NCBI GenBank assembly: GCA_036785375.1
Contig: JAWMAR010000283.1
Span: 372,001 to 436,000 of the forward strand
Origin: Leucoraja ocellata
Taxonomy: Eukaryota
DNA: 64,000 nt
Direction: 5' to 3'
This document shows, piece by piece, positions 54,300 through 64,000 of this stretch; position 1 is the stretch's first letter, and every line of letters begins with the position of its first letter. The translations under genes and the position numbers were made by a program. Under the pieces are notes generated by a model that ran no database searches, had not been told where the DNA came from, and was given only the letters and a program-made list of their open reading frames with translations.

Positions 54300-55165
54300 C
54301 AGTTAGTGTTGTTGCTGAACTACTCCAGGGACCAGGTTTGATCTTGACCTCAGGTGCTGGATATATGGAGTATGCACATTTTCTCAGTGACCATGAAGGT
54401 TTCTTCCTGGTGCACCAGTTTTCTCACACACCCCAAAGACATGGTCATAGGTTAATTAGCCGTTATAAATTAGGACCGGACCCTTAACAAAATTGATGTA
54501 CAGAGGCATCTTGGGGTCCAAGTTCAAAACTACCTGACAGTAGCAACACAAGTAGATACTGTGGTAAAGAAGGTTTGTGGTATGCTTGTCTTCATTATTC
54601 AGGTTATTGAGTATAAAAGTCAAGAAGTCATGTTGCAACTTTATGAAACTGTGGTTGCATTTGTAGTATCATGTGCAGAAGAAGATTACCAGGATGATAC
54701 CGATATTAAAGAGTATTAGCTGTAAGGAGAGGTTGACAAAGCGGTTGCCTTTGAAGAATCAGAGGGTTTGGGGAGACATGCAAGAAGTTCATAAAATTAT
54801 GAGGCATGGATATGATGGAGAGTCAAAACCTTTATCCCAGATTTTTCCTATATGTTAAATACTAGATGGCATAATTTTCAGGTGAGAGGGGGAATGTTTA
54901 AAGATGATATGTAGGACAGGTTTTTTTTAATACAGAGAGTGGTAGGTGTACGGAAACCACTACCGGGGGTGGTGGCGGAAGCACATACGATAGAGACCTT
55001 TAAATAGGCATATCAATACGCAGGGCATGGATCTTCGTATTGATATGCCTGTTACGAGGAATATGGATCTTGTGCAGCAAAAGGGAACAAATTTAATTTG
55101 GCTGTTTGACAGACATCAGAGGCTGCTGGGCCCTTTGCTGTGCCCTTCTGGTCCATGTTCTATTC
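54300..55165 (+). mobile_element. Degraded V-SINE (54300-54470) followed by an old CR1 3' fragment (54490-55165)
   Basis: SINE head/V-domain remnants, then gtggtaaagaaggtttgtggtatgcttgtcttcatt and gtgagaggggga...acagagagtggtaggtg. Confidence 0.65.
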
Positions 55166-56044
55166 TATAACATTGCCCCTTCATGCAGATTGATAGCAAA
55201 AAGGATCAAAGGGGAAATATAGATTTAGTTATCAATCCTTTCCAGTTAATCTCAAGAAGTCAGTAAAATGACAGAAATCCTCCACTATTTACCAACTATC
55301 CTTGTTGTACAATACCTTGAAAATGTCATATTTTGTTGCTTATGAAGTTAATTTCTATTTTTATGGAATTAACCATAATTACTGCATTACAAGCTCTCGG
55401 GCCCTAAGAAAACCCATGAAAATAGATTGTAATTTCCTTTAAGACCTAATGGATTAAATAATAATAACTGCTTACACTGCAGTTTCTCATCAGTTGTGTC
55501 CCCCCCCAACCCTCAATATATTTAGTACTTTAAAACAAATTCTTCATTGTGATTTACTGGTTTGATGGCATCCATTAATGCACTGCAATTAAGGACCATT
55601 GGGGTTGCATTTATCATAATGAATTGTTTGACGGTGCGACTTTAACATACATCTATCTGTACATTGTATTTTCACAGTATTTACATTGCGCCAATATGCA
55701 GCAAAAAAATAACTCTACTTTATGCAAATCTACAGGGTAAATTAGAAAACCCATTTCAAACTCCAACGCCAATTGTTGAGATTATATAATTTGATCAAAT
55801 CAAATGCTCCCAATGAATGATAGTACTGGATAGGCACTATTGTAGTTAAAAAAAAGAAAATAACACCACATAATCAGCTCACAAGTCTTATCAACACATT
55901 CCAATAAATTTCTTATCAGATTTTATCAATTTTACCATATATTGGATTACCTAACCCCAATTTATACTATACTCCCTGTGCAGCAAAATTCTGCTCCAAT
56001 TCCATTTACAGGTTTGTAGAGGTCACCACTGCAATGGGATGGGT

Positions 56045-56660
56045 CTTGAACAATGAACATATGTACAGGAAGGAGAGAGAGAGCTTAGTGGCATGATATC
56101 TGCTGAACAACCACTACCTCAATGTCAGTAAGACAAAGGAACTAGATATTGAATTCAGGAAGCTTGGTGGAGTATATGCCCCCAATCAACATCAATATTG
56201 CTGAAATGGAGATGGTCAAGAGCATCAAGTTCCTAGAGATAAACTTTACCAACATCCTGTCCTGGACCAAGCACATTGAACTACAGCCAAAAAAACCCTA
56301 TACAATGCTTCTACTTCCTCAGGTGACTGAAGAAATTCAGCATGACTCTAACAATTCTTACCAATTTCAACAGATGACTGTAGAAAGCATACTTGTGTTG
56401 CATCATAGCTTAGTTTGGGAACAGCTCTGACCAAGACCGCAAGAAATTGCAGATATGTAGCCCAGCCAATCACACAGACCAGACTACTCACCATTGACTC
56501 CATCTACACTTCACGCTGCCATGGGAAAGCAGCCAACATAATCGATGATCTTACCCACCCCGGTCATTCCTTTTCTTTCCTGCTCCCATTGGGCAAAAGG
56601 TACAAAAGCTTGAAAGTACATACAACCAGGCTCAAAAACAGCTTCATCCCCTCTGAATAA
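56045..56660 (+). mobile_element. Old Rex1/Babar LINE fragment
   Basis: Frameshifted LNVSKTKEL...VKSIKFL...LSWTKHI...HPGHSF..LLPLGKRYKSLK..TTRLKNSF. Confidence 0.8.
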
Positions 56661-59600
56661 TACTTCCATAAACTCGGGTACAGTAATGTGCAAAATTACA
56701 AGGGATTAACAATAAAAGGAAGGATGTAATGTGTGGATGAATGGAGGGATGTTGGAGTGCATATCGGGTAGCAGGGCAAGGTAGTAATGTGATAAAGTGG
56801 GCATCTGAGCAAACTGCCTTTGTTGTCCAAGGCATTGAATACCAAGGCAAGGAAGTCACGTTAGAGTATAACGCAAAGTGCTGGAGCAACTCAGCAGGTC
56901 AGGCAGCATCATATCAGAAAGATGTGATGGCAATAGAGAGGATTCAGAGAAGAGTTACCAAGGATGTTGGCAGGGATGCATGAACATCATCTATGCTGCA
57001 CAATAAACAAACTCTGCAGACGCTGTATCCATAGAGGCAACATTGGCATTTCGGGTTCTTCCAGCAGTTGATGTTTTGCATCAGATTCTTGCATCTATAC
57101 TTTCTCTCTCATCAAGACAGGGGTTGTTTTCTTTGGTACAAAGTAGCCTGAGGTAAGACTTCATTGAAGTGTATAAATTATAAAAGGCCTGAATAAGGCA
57201 AATAATAGACATTTGGTTTTTTTTTGGAAAGAATCAGAAGAGTGTTGAAGAAAATATTTCACTCAACAAATGTGGTCTAAAGTATAGTGCCTTAAAAAGG
57301 GTAAGGGAAGCAGAAAAATCCTAAATGGCATTTGAAAATTTACAATCCATGGGGGTTCTGGGGCAAACATTTTAAGTAGCTTAGTGCACATTGGAACAAT
57401 GGGCAGAAGACTCCTGTGCTGTAAGTTTTAAAAATTCTATTGCCTTGAACTAATACATTAATGGCACCAAAGGCCTTACGTCAATGTCACAGGGATCATT
57501 AGATCTTTAAAGGCAGCTTACTTTAAAGTCAGTGGCCTTATTTTGAGGTTAACTGCAAAATCCTAATTCTTTTGGCTTGGTATGGGCCTTCAGAATGAAC
57601 TGAAATACATATTTTCAAAAAAATTGAAAGATTTGAACACGTAACTAAATTGATGTTCTCTGAAATTGTATTGACATTCAGGAGCCAGTAACTGTGTAGC
57701 ACTTTATAATATGCCAGATATTATACCAAACCACAAACCAAGAGCGCACTTCTTATATTTCTAAAAAGCAAATTTTGTGGCTGCAGTGGAAGAAGCGAAA
57801 ATACATTTTATTCAATTGACCAACAGAAGAGTCTCATTTAGTTGAATTACGGCGTGGCTAAATTGGTATAGAGTCTGCTACTTCTAAGCAAAATTATAAA
57901 TTGCTCAATGAAAAGAAACAGTTCTATTGGTCGCAATATAAAAACTGACAACTATCGAGAGATATCATCCAGCAGTTTGATGATTTTGGATCTTGATTAT
58001 TTAAGAGTAAACACCTATCGTATTAAACAAAATCTGTTCAAATAATTATGAGATGAGTGGAATCATTAAACATTTGAGAATTGTTAAAATTATCAAAATT
58101 AAAAAAAAGGAATTCTGTTACTTTGACAATGTTTCCTATAGTAAACATTCTATATTGTCTTTAAGAACACTGACAGGGCATATAACTAAGCGGCAAACGT
58201 TTGAAAAGACTTACTTAATCTTTTGGCAAACTAAAAAGTCCAGCTTTTTCTTTGTGATGCAATGATAGATTATTTTAATGTTTAATTTTTGCTTCCATCA
58301 GAACCAAAATCTGGAAAATGCAGTGAGGGATTTGAGGATTACATGAAAAATAAATTGCAAAGGAAATGAAGGAGAAAAATATAGTGTCACAGGGAAACTA
58401 AAAAATGTTAACAAGAAGTCGTATCTATCCCAGATTTATCTGCAAGGGTAATTATGCATGCAACTCTGGACTGAAAGCGTCTTTGTGTAAATTTAAACTA
58501 TGACATCTATTAAAAAAATACTGCCCAGGACACCAATTTAACAAAAGCTGTAAACTCACAAATATTATATGAAAACAGTGAGGCATTAAAGAAAAGGGCT
58601 TTATTTATTGAGTTAATTATTGAATATGTGAAATAGTTTGTCACCCAGTAGTAACTTTCATCATCCTGAAAGTGTTAGAAATCATAGTGCTTTACTCCCT
58701 CTCTTTCATACTCCATAACATGGCAGCATTCTATTCTTCATGGCCATGTTGCAGACACTTGCAATGAAGAACCAGATCTTGGCCATAAAATAAGCACACA
58801 AAAAATATAATCTGCCTCATTTTATCATCCGAGCTCACATTCAAGATCATCACCAGACCCTTTGTCCCCCAATGCCTGCATCTTTCCTCCTCCCATGAAA
58901 CAAGAATTTGATTGCTTTTATTTCCAGCATGTTGTGAAGATTGCATTTATTATGGTCAACTAATTTGTTATAAATGGTCACCTATCTGCATGTTTTAATG
59001 CCAGGAGGCAAAAGACATATTTTTCAATACAAAAATTATCCTTCTCCAATATTTACATTTAACAAAACAATAAGTGAGGAGGCAAATTGTGCATTGTACA
59101 GATTTATCTCCTGTCATTAGATTTAGCTACTGGTGGTATAGTAAATACTTCTGCAATCACTCCTTGAGCATTTTCAATTCTTAGATTATTTCTTCTTCAC
59201 AACTAACCTTGCGGTCATGTTTTACCCATGCTAAGAATAAACCACGCTCTTATTGCAACTCATCTTCATAATCATTCAATTTGAGTTAACCACAAGATCA
59301 AAGCTACACCAACTAATTTTCAGCTGTTAAATTATATTGAAAGATCAAAAAATCTTAAACGTCAAACACTGAAGAGTAATAGATCTTGGATTGAAAAAAA
59401 ATAATTGGTGGCTAATAAACATTGTTATTATACAATAAAGTAATTTGTTTTGAAAACACTAAAATGGAATGAACTGAATGGAAAAGAACCAAGCTTCCTT
59501 CTTAATTCACTAATCTCTAACCTTGATAACACTACATTTTTTGTAAAGAAGATTTACCCAATTTAAAATACGACAAAACTCATGAATTGTGTTATGCATG

Positions 59601-60317
59601 CTTTTTACAATAAAAATTAAATGATTGTTAATTTAATTTCATATTGTAGCTATTGCAATGTGTGATATATTTGGAACTAATTTAAACAGTTTTTTTCCCA
59701 CATATTGAATTCTGCCCTTTACCAGTGCAAAGCATTGTGCAGACCGATTCTTTGCCGTTTCCAAATATTATTCCTATCCTATTGTTGCATGTATGGAATC
59801 ACATATAAGCTTTCTTCTGTTTAATTTAAGCAACACACGCGTGGTAAAACTGGCTGAATTACTGACAGCAACTTAGGGATTTCTGTGTTAAACCAAGCAT
59901 GCATGGAAATCTCAAAGATGTCAGGTTCAACGCATAATGATGGTGAATACCAATAGTTTTCATTGTCACAACAACTACAGAATGTGGGCCACTGTCTACT
60001 TTCTGGAAGTATAAGCAAGTTCATATAGAACTGAAATAAATATTCCCTGTTTCAGTTTCTTAGGATTAACAGAATTCATGAGATGGATTGGAAGACTTTG
60101 ATCCCAGTAATAATTATTGTACAGCATTTACCTATGATGGTTGCCAACTTTGCAGACAGGGATTTATAAAATATGGTGAATTTAACTTCAAAGCAGATTT
60201 CAACAAAACTAGGTTTAACCTTCAAACATAATTAGCATGTTATGCTAGGAAAGTGTTTTCTCTAAAAAAAACATGTAAACAGCAGTTTGTACGAGAAACG
60301 TTGTATAATCAGGGCAC

Positions 60318-60423
60318 CTGTTCCAATAGCTCCAGAATTGGTCTTGCAAGTAAGATTGGTGACTATACTCATCTCCAAACGAGGCCTTGCTTTCAATCCA
60401 ATGAATCACATGACCTTCAACAG
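60318..60423 (-). CDS. CDIN1: CDIN1 (C15orf41) penultimate coding exon, 106 bp
   Basis: ttatag|CTGTTGAA...GGAACAG|gtgccc; encodes (A)[34 protein letters not shown](R), containing the E-x-K of the PD-(D/E)xK-like domain; splices in frame to 16274. Confidence 0.94.
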
Positions 60424-60549
60424 CTATAAATAAATGGAATATATTAATACAGTATTTCTCAATTTTCAATTAAATACTTTAACATTACATGGAACATTAC
60501 ATCATCAGAGAAACCCATCTGCTTTGTACAATTCACATCCTATACTTTA

Positions 60550-60842
60550 GGGTGGCATAGCAGTTGAATTGCTGCCTTACAGCACCAGAGACCCGGGTTC
60601 GATCCTGACTATGGGTGCTGTCTTTATGGAGTATGTACATTCTCCCCGTGATCCTGTTGGTTTTCTCCGGGTGCTCTGGTTTCATCCCACATTCCAAAGA
60701 CATACAGGTTTGCAGGGTAATTGGCTTCTGTAAAATTGTCCCAAATGTGTAGGATAGTGCAAGTATTCAGAGATTGCTGGTTGGCGCGGACTTGGTGGGC
60801 CGAAGGGCCTGTTTCTGCACCGTATCTCTATACTGAATTAAA
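60550..60842 (+). mobile_element. V-SINE (HE1-like), full length
   Basis: Head ccgggttcgatcctgact, V-domain and tail ggtgggccgaagggcctgtttc. Confidence 0.85.
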
Positions 60843-61149
60843 TCTATTGCTCTATTTCATTACCCCTCAGATGCAATCATTTATTCTTTTAAGCAACAGA
60901 AATTCAGTTAAATAACGATCTAAGAAGAAAATCCAAAAGAAAGAAAACAGGAAGAAACAATGTGTTATTCAGAACATTTAGATGATAACTTGCATTTTAT
61001 CAGAACATGCAGATTCAATGAAACAGCAACGACACATCATCTTTGGTGTCTACGTTGCCATTTATCCCCCAGTCATCCTCACTAAAATACGGAGTTGGGC
61101 CAATCAAACTGCTGCTTAAAGAAACAGGCTGCATACAAAGAATTGACAG

Positions 61150-61821
61150 TGTTACAAAGGAACAGGTTCAAGGATCTGACCAGTAGAACATAAAAAGGCT
61201 CACTCGTCTGTTTAGTTACAACTCCGTTTTATTGGCAATAGAGAACAAAAACAATACTTGTCTTGGTATGCGCGGGATCCGGTTTACTGCAACACACCTC
61301 TCTCGCTCTCTGCCTCCGTCCATGGCGCTGATCGCGACTCAGCTCGTCGGTGAACCACTCTCGTACATAAACTCATTTATGGCTTCCTGGCGCCTGCCTT
61401 TATACAGATAATAAATCAGCCGTTGAAATATCCACCGATATGTCCTGAGCCCATAGCGCTGCTCCCAAATTCAAACTATAACCAATGGCAGAGGCACGCA
61501 TCCGAGTGAGCTCCCCCACCGGGAACAAAGCGCTATCAACCGCAGACTGGCACGTAAAGCAATACACAACGCTACAAATGGCGCACAAATCAATACACAC
61601 CGCGCTACAGTCTTGGCGCGCAAAGCAATACATACAGCACTTTGTCGCACAAAGGTTTAAAAAGAGTGCTGTTGGCTTAACGCGTGGGAATTTAAACAAA
61701 GAGCTGCCGGCTGCAGCGCTAAATATAGCACTACCGGCCGTAGCGCTATGGGCTTTAAACATAGCGCTATGGCTACAGCGCTATGGGTCACAGACTGTTC
61801 AGGCAAAATTCTCGTATAATA
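61150..61821 (-). repeat. 3' LTR (672 bp)
   Basis: Alignable along its length with 62867-63555; TATAAA (about 61399-61404) and AATAAA (61228-61233) on the minus strand; terminal TG mutated to TA. Confidence 0.9.
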
Positions 61822-61832
61822 TTCCACCCCTC
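61822..61832 (-). promoter_or_regulatory. Polypurine tract
   Basis: GAGGGGTGGAA on the minus strand directly abutting the 3' LTR. Confidence 0.75.
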
Positions 61833-61849
61833 GAACAGTCTGGTTATCG

Positions 61850-62113
61850 TCACATCCGGCCCGCAGGGATTAACTCGTTACATCCAGCCCACAGGCTGTA
61901 GTAAAGTCCACGTGGTCGCGATGCCAATCTGCACATCCAACGTCGTAATATTATGGCCAACAAGATTGTCCCAATGGATAGTCCCCAGTGCATCACAGTT
62001 GTCCACCATCCTCCCGAGAGATTGTAGTCGTGCTACTGTTCTCCGACCCTTCAAATCTTCGCTACGGCTTCCTGGATGTGGTCAGCGAAGTTGGTGATGT
62101 TCTCTTTTATCCC
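61850..62113 (-). pseudogene. Retroviral Env TM C-terminal remnant (putative)
   Basis: GIKENITNFADHIQEAVAKI*RVGEQ*HDYNLSGGWWTTVMHWGLSIGTILLAIILRRWMC: N-glycosylation sequon, heptad-like helix, Trp-rich segment, hydrophobic span and basic stop-transfer, located just before the PPT. Confidence 0.6.
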
Positions 62114-62790
62114 ACTCAGGTTCAAACCAGTCACCAAATCTGTATGACCACGCATGGTACAAATTAACTTGTTTTGTCGGAGGTCCCAAACCTTAATGAC
62201 ATAATTAATAACACCAGAGATAATCTGATTGCTTGTGTCATTAAACGTTACTGCCAATACTCGGTACATGTTTTGAAATATATGGATTGCAGCCTTCTAC
62301 CAAATGTCCTATAGCTTCACTGTTTTGTCGTCGCTTCCTGTTCAGACCAACTGTGGTCGCTGTCCGGCTGGATAACATGAATTCACAAAGGATGGGTGAC
62401 CGTTAAATCTCGTGATTCTTTCACCCGTTTCACTGTCCCACACTGCTACAGTTTGTCTGTTGATGCCGGAAAAAGCATGCTGCCATCTGTGTTATAATGC
62501 AATTCCATCACTGCTCCACTGTGACCTTCCAATTTAGCAAAATTATCGCAGTCAATATATATATTCCAAAACAATACAAGTCGATCAAATCCTGCAGATG
62601 CCAGTGCTGATCCACATGAGTGAAATTTACAACAGTAAACTTCTCCCTCGTGACCCTGTAAATGCATTAGAGGAGCTTAAAGACTCAAGGTTCTTGGTCC
62701 CACCTGCAGCATGACCTGCTGCGGGCTCCCCTGCACCGAGGGTAGCAGCTTGTTGCAGGGGTGCTTGGCCTGCACCAGTGCCATCCCGCC
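62114..62790 (-). pseudogene. SNRNP40: Processed SNRNP40 (U5 snRNP 40-kDa WD40 protein) fragment
   Basis: GHEGEVYCCKFH...LASAGFDRL...GHSGAVMELHYNTDGSMLF.ASTDK/VAVWDSETGER...VLAVTFNDTS.QIISG...KVWDLRQNKL..TMRGH; contiguous and intronless; stop at 62677-62679, frameshift at about 62451, further stops at 62290-62350. Confidence 0.95.
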
Positions 62791-62846
62791 CGCTATCTTC
62801 TATTTATTTATTTATTTATTTATTTATTTTCTATTCTGTTCGTCAG

Positions 62847-62864
62847 ATCCTGCCGACTACACCA
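62847..62864 (-). promoter_or_regulatory. Primer-binding site complementary to tRNA-Ser
   Basis: Minus strand TGGTGTAGTCGGCAGGAT, 2 nt after the 5' LTR; 17/18 match to the recalled vertebrate tRNA-Ser 3' end ATCCTGCCGACTACGCCA. Confidence 0.88.
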
Positions 62865-62866
62865 AA

Positions 62867-63555
62867 TGTTACAAGGGAGGTTCAAGAATCTGACTAGTAG
62901 AACAGAAAAAGCCTCATTCATCTGTTTAGTTACAAATCAGTTTTATTGGCAAGCGAGAACAAAAACAATACTTGTCTTGGTATACGTGGAGTCTGGTTTA
63001 CAGCAACACACCACTCTCTCTCAGCATCCATCCGCGATGCTGATCGCGACTCAGCCCATCGGTGAACCCCTCTCGTACATGAACTAACTTATGGCATCCT
63101 GGCACCTGCCTTTATACAGGTAAGAAATCAACCGTTGAAATAACCGCCGGTAAGTCCAAGCCAATAGCGTTGCTCCCAAATTCAAACTATAACCAATTGC
63201 AGGGAACTGCATCCGAGCAAGCCCCTCCCCCCGCTTTGGGAACAAAGCGCTATCAGCCGCAGACTGGCGTGTAAAGCAATATACAGCGCTACAGACCTGG
63301 CGCGCAATCCAATACACACAGCGCTACAGTCTTGGCACGCAAAGCAATACACACAGCTTTGCCAGTTTGGCACACAAAGGTTTAAACAGAGCGCTGTCGG
63401 TTTAGCATGTTGGAATTTAAACAAAGAGCTGTCGGCTGCAGCGCTATGGGTTCTAAATATAGCACTACCGGCCACAGCGCTATGGGCTTTAAACATAGAG
63501 CTAATGCCACAGCGCTATGGGTCACAGACTGTTCGGGCAAAATTCTCGTATAACA
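62867..63555 (-). repeat. 5' LTR (689 bp)
   Basis: TG...CA termini with a 5-bp inverted repeat; TATAAA at 63111-63116 and AATAAA at 62942-62947 on the minus strand. Confidence 0.9.
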
Positions 63556-64000
63556 CACACGATGCTGCATTCAGAAGTAAGTCATTCTTTGTAAAAGCCT
63601 AAATTCTGTAGTCACCTCCGCAGCCTAACGATTTAACAACAAGATAATATTGAAATATCAGTATAGAAACATATTAATAAGCAATGTCCATGAGGCCAAG
63701 TGTGCTTTACATAAGGCCTCATAAGTAGAAGAGACCTTAGATGTTGCAAATGAATGTTGAACACGATAAATCTATATTCAGTTGTTTTTGCCACTGTAGA
63801 TGGAGCAGAGGAAAACAAGCAAGTGGCAGGTTTGATTCGTGTGGTATAGAGATGCCCTGGAGGTGAGGGAGAAAGGAAAATGTCAGTCAAGGCTGGGTAG
63901 ATAGGGACACCAGGACCTTGTGGATCAGAAATGGATCAGGTCTTGGTGGTTCAGACTCCTAAGAGCCTGACCTACTCATGCAGTTCTCCTTCAGTACTGG

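Larger units (their letters stand above)
61150..63555 (-). mobile_element. Non-autonomous LTR element/endogenous retrovirus carrying a captured host mRNA
   Basis: Direct LTRs at 61150-61821 and 62867-63555 (TGTTA...TAACA termini), PBS, PPT, and a 1045-bp internal region with no gag/pol. Confidence 0.9.

Noticed and set aside
60245-60469. Whole 74-aa ORF as coding
   Set aside because: Only 60318-60423 is bounded by AG/GT and matches CDIN1; the rest is intron
61400-61901. ORFs of 120-138 aa within the LTRs (also 63084-63570)
   Set aside because: They arise from repetitive GC-rich U3 sequence, show no recognisable domain, and their frames are not conserved between the two LTRs
62114-62790. SNRNP40 as a functional gene
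   Set aside because: Multiple stops, a frameshift, missing C-terminal third, no introns, and enclosed by LTRs
62847-62864. tRNA-Ser gene
   Set aside because: Only the 3' 18 nt including CCA are present, adjacent to an LTR; this is a PBS
60424-64000. Preceding CDIN1 exon (GYDKTPD motif)
   Set aside because: Searched by eye on the minus strand and not found; probably beyond the window

Overview
Eukaryotic, AT-rich vertebrate DNA. The repeat families (HE1/V-SINE-type SINEs with CTAAA tails, HER1/CR1 LINEs, Penelope-type terminal repeats) point to a cartilaginous fish, probably a skate or ray (inference). The only host gene I can support is the 3' end of CDIN1 (C15orf41) on the minus strand: a 106-bp exon at 60318-60423 and the terminal coding exon at 16121-16274, separated by a 44-kb intron. 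That intron contains a long repeat-poor stretch rich in homeodomain/TALE motifs, which fits the known role of CDIN1 introns as part of the MEIS2 regulatory landscape. The rest is mostly transposons: CR1, Rex1/Babar, L1, RTE, Penelope fragments with hammerhead cores, SINEs, two Helitron-type elements and a near-complete Passport-like Tc1. The most notable object is at 61150-63555 (-). It is an LTR element with two LTRs, a tRNA-Ser primer-binding site and a polypurine tract, but no gag/pol. The internal region instead holds an intronless copy of the host splicing-factor mRNA SNRNP40, joined in frame to what looks like the C-terminal remnant of a retroviral Env TM subunit. I read this as a fossil of retroviral transduction of a cellular gene. 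All identifications come from reading the sequence and from recalled reference sequences; no database search was run.
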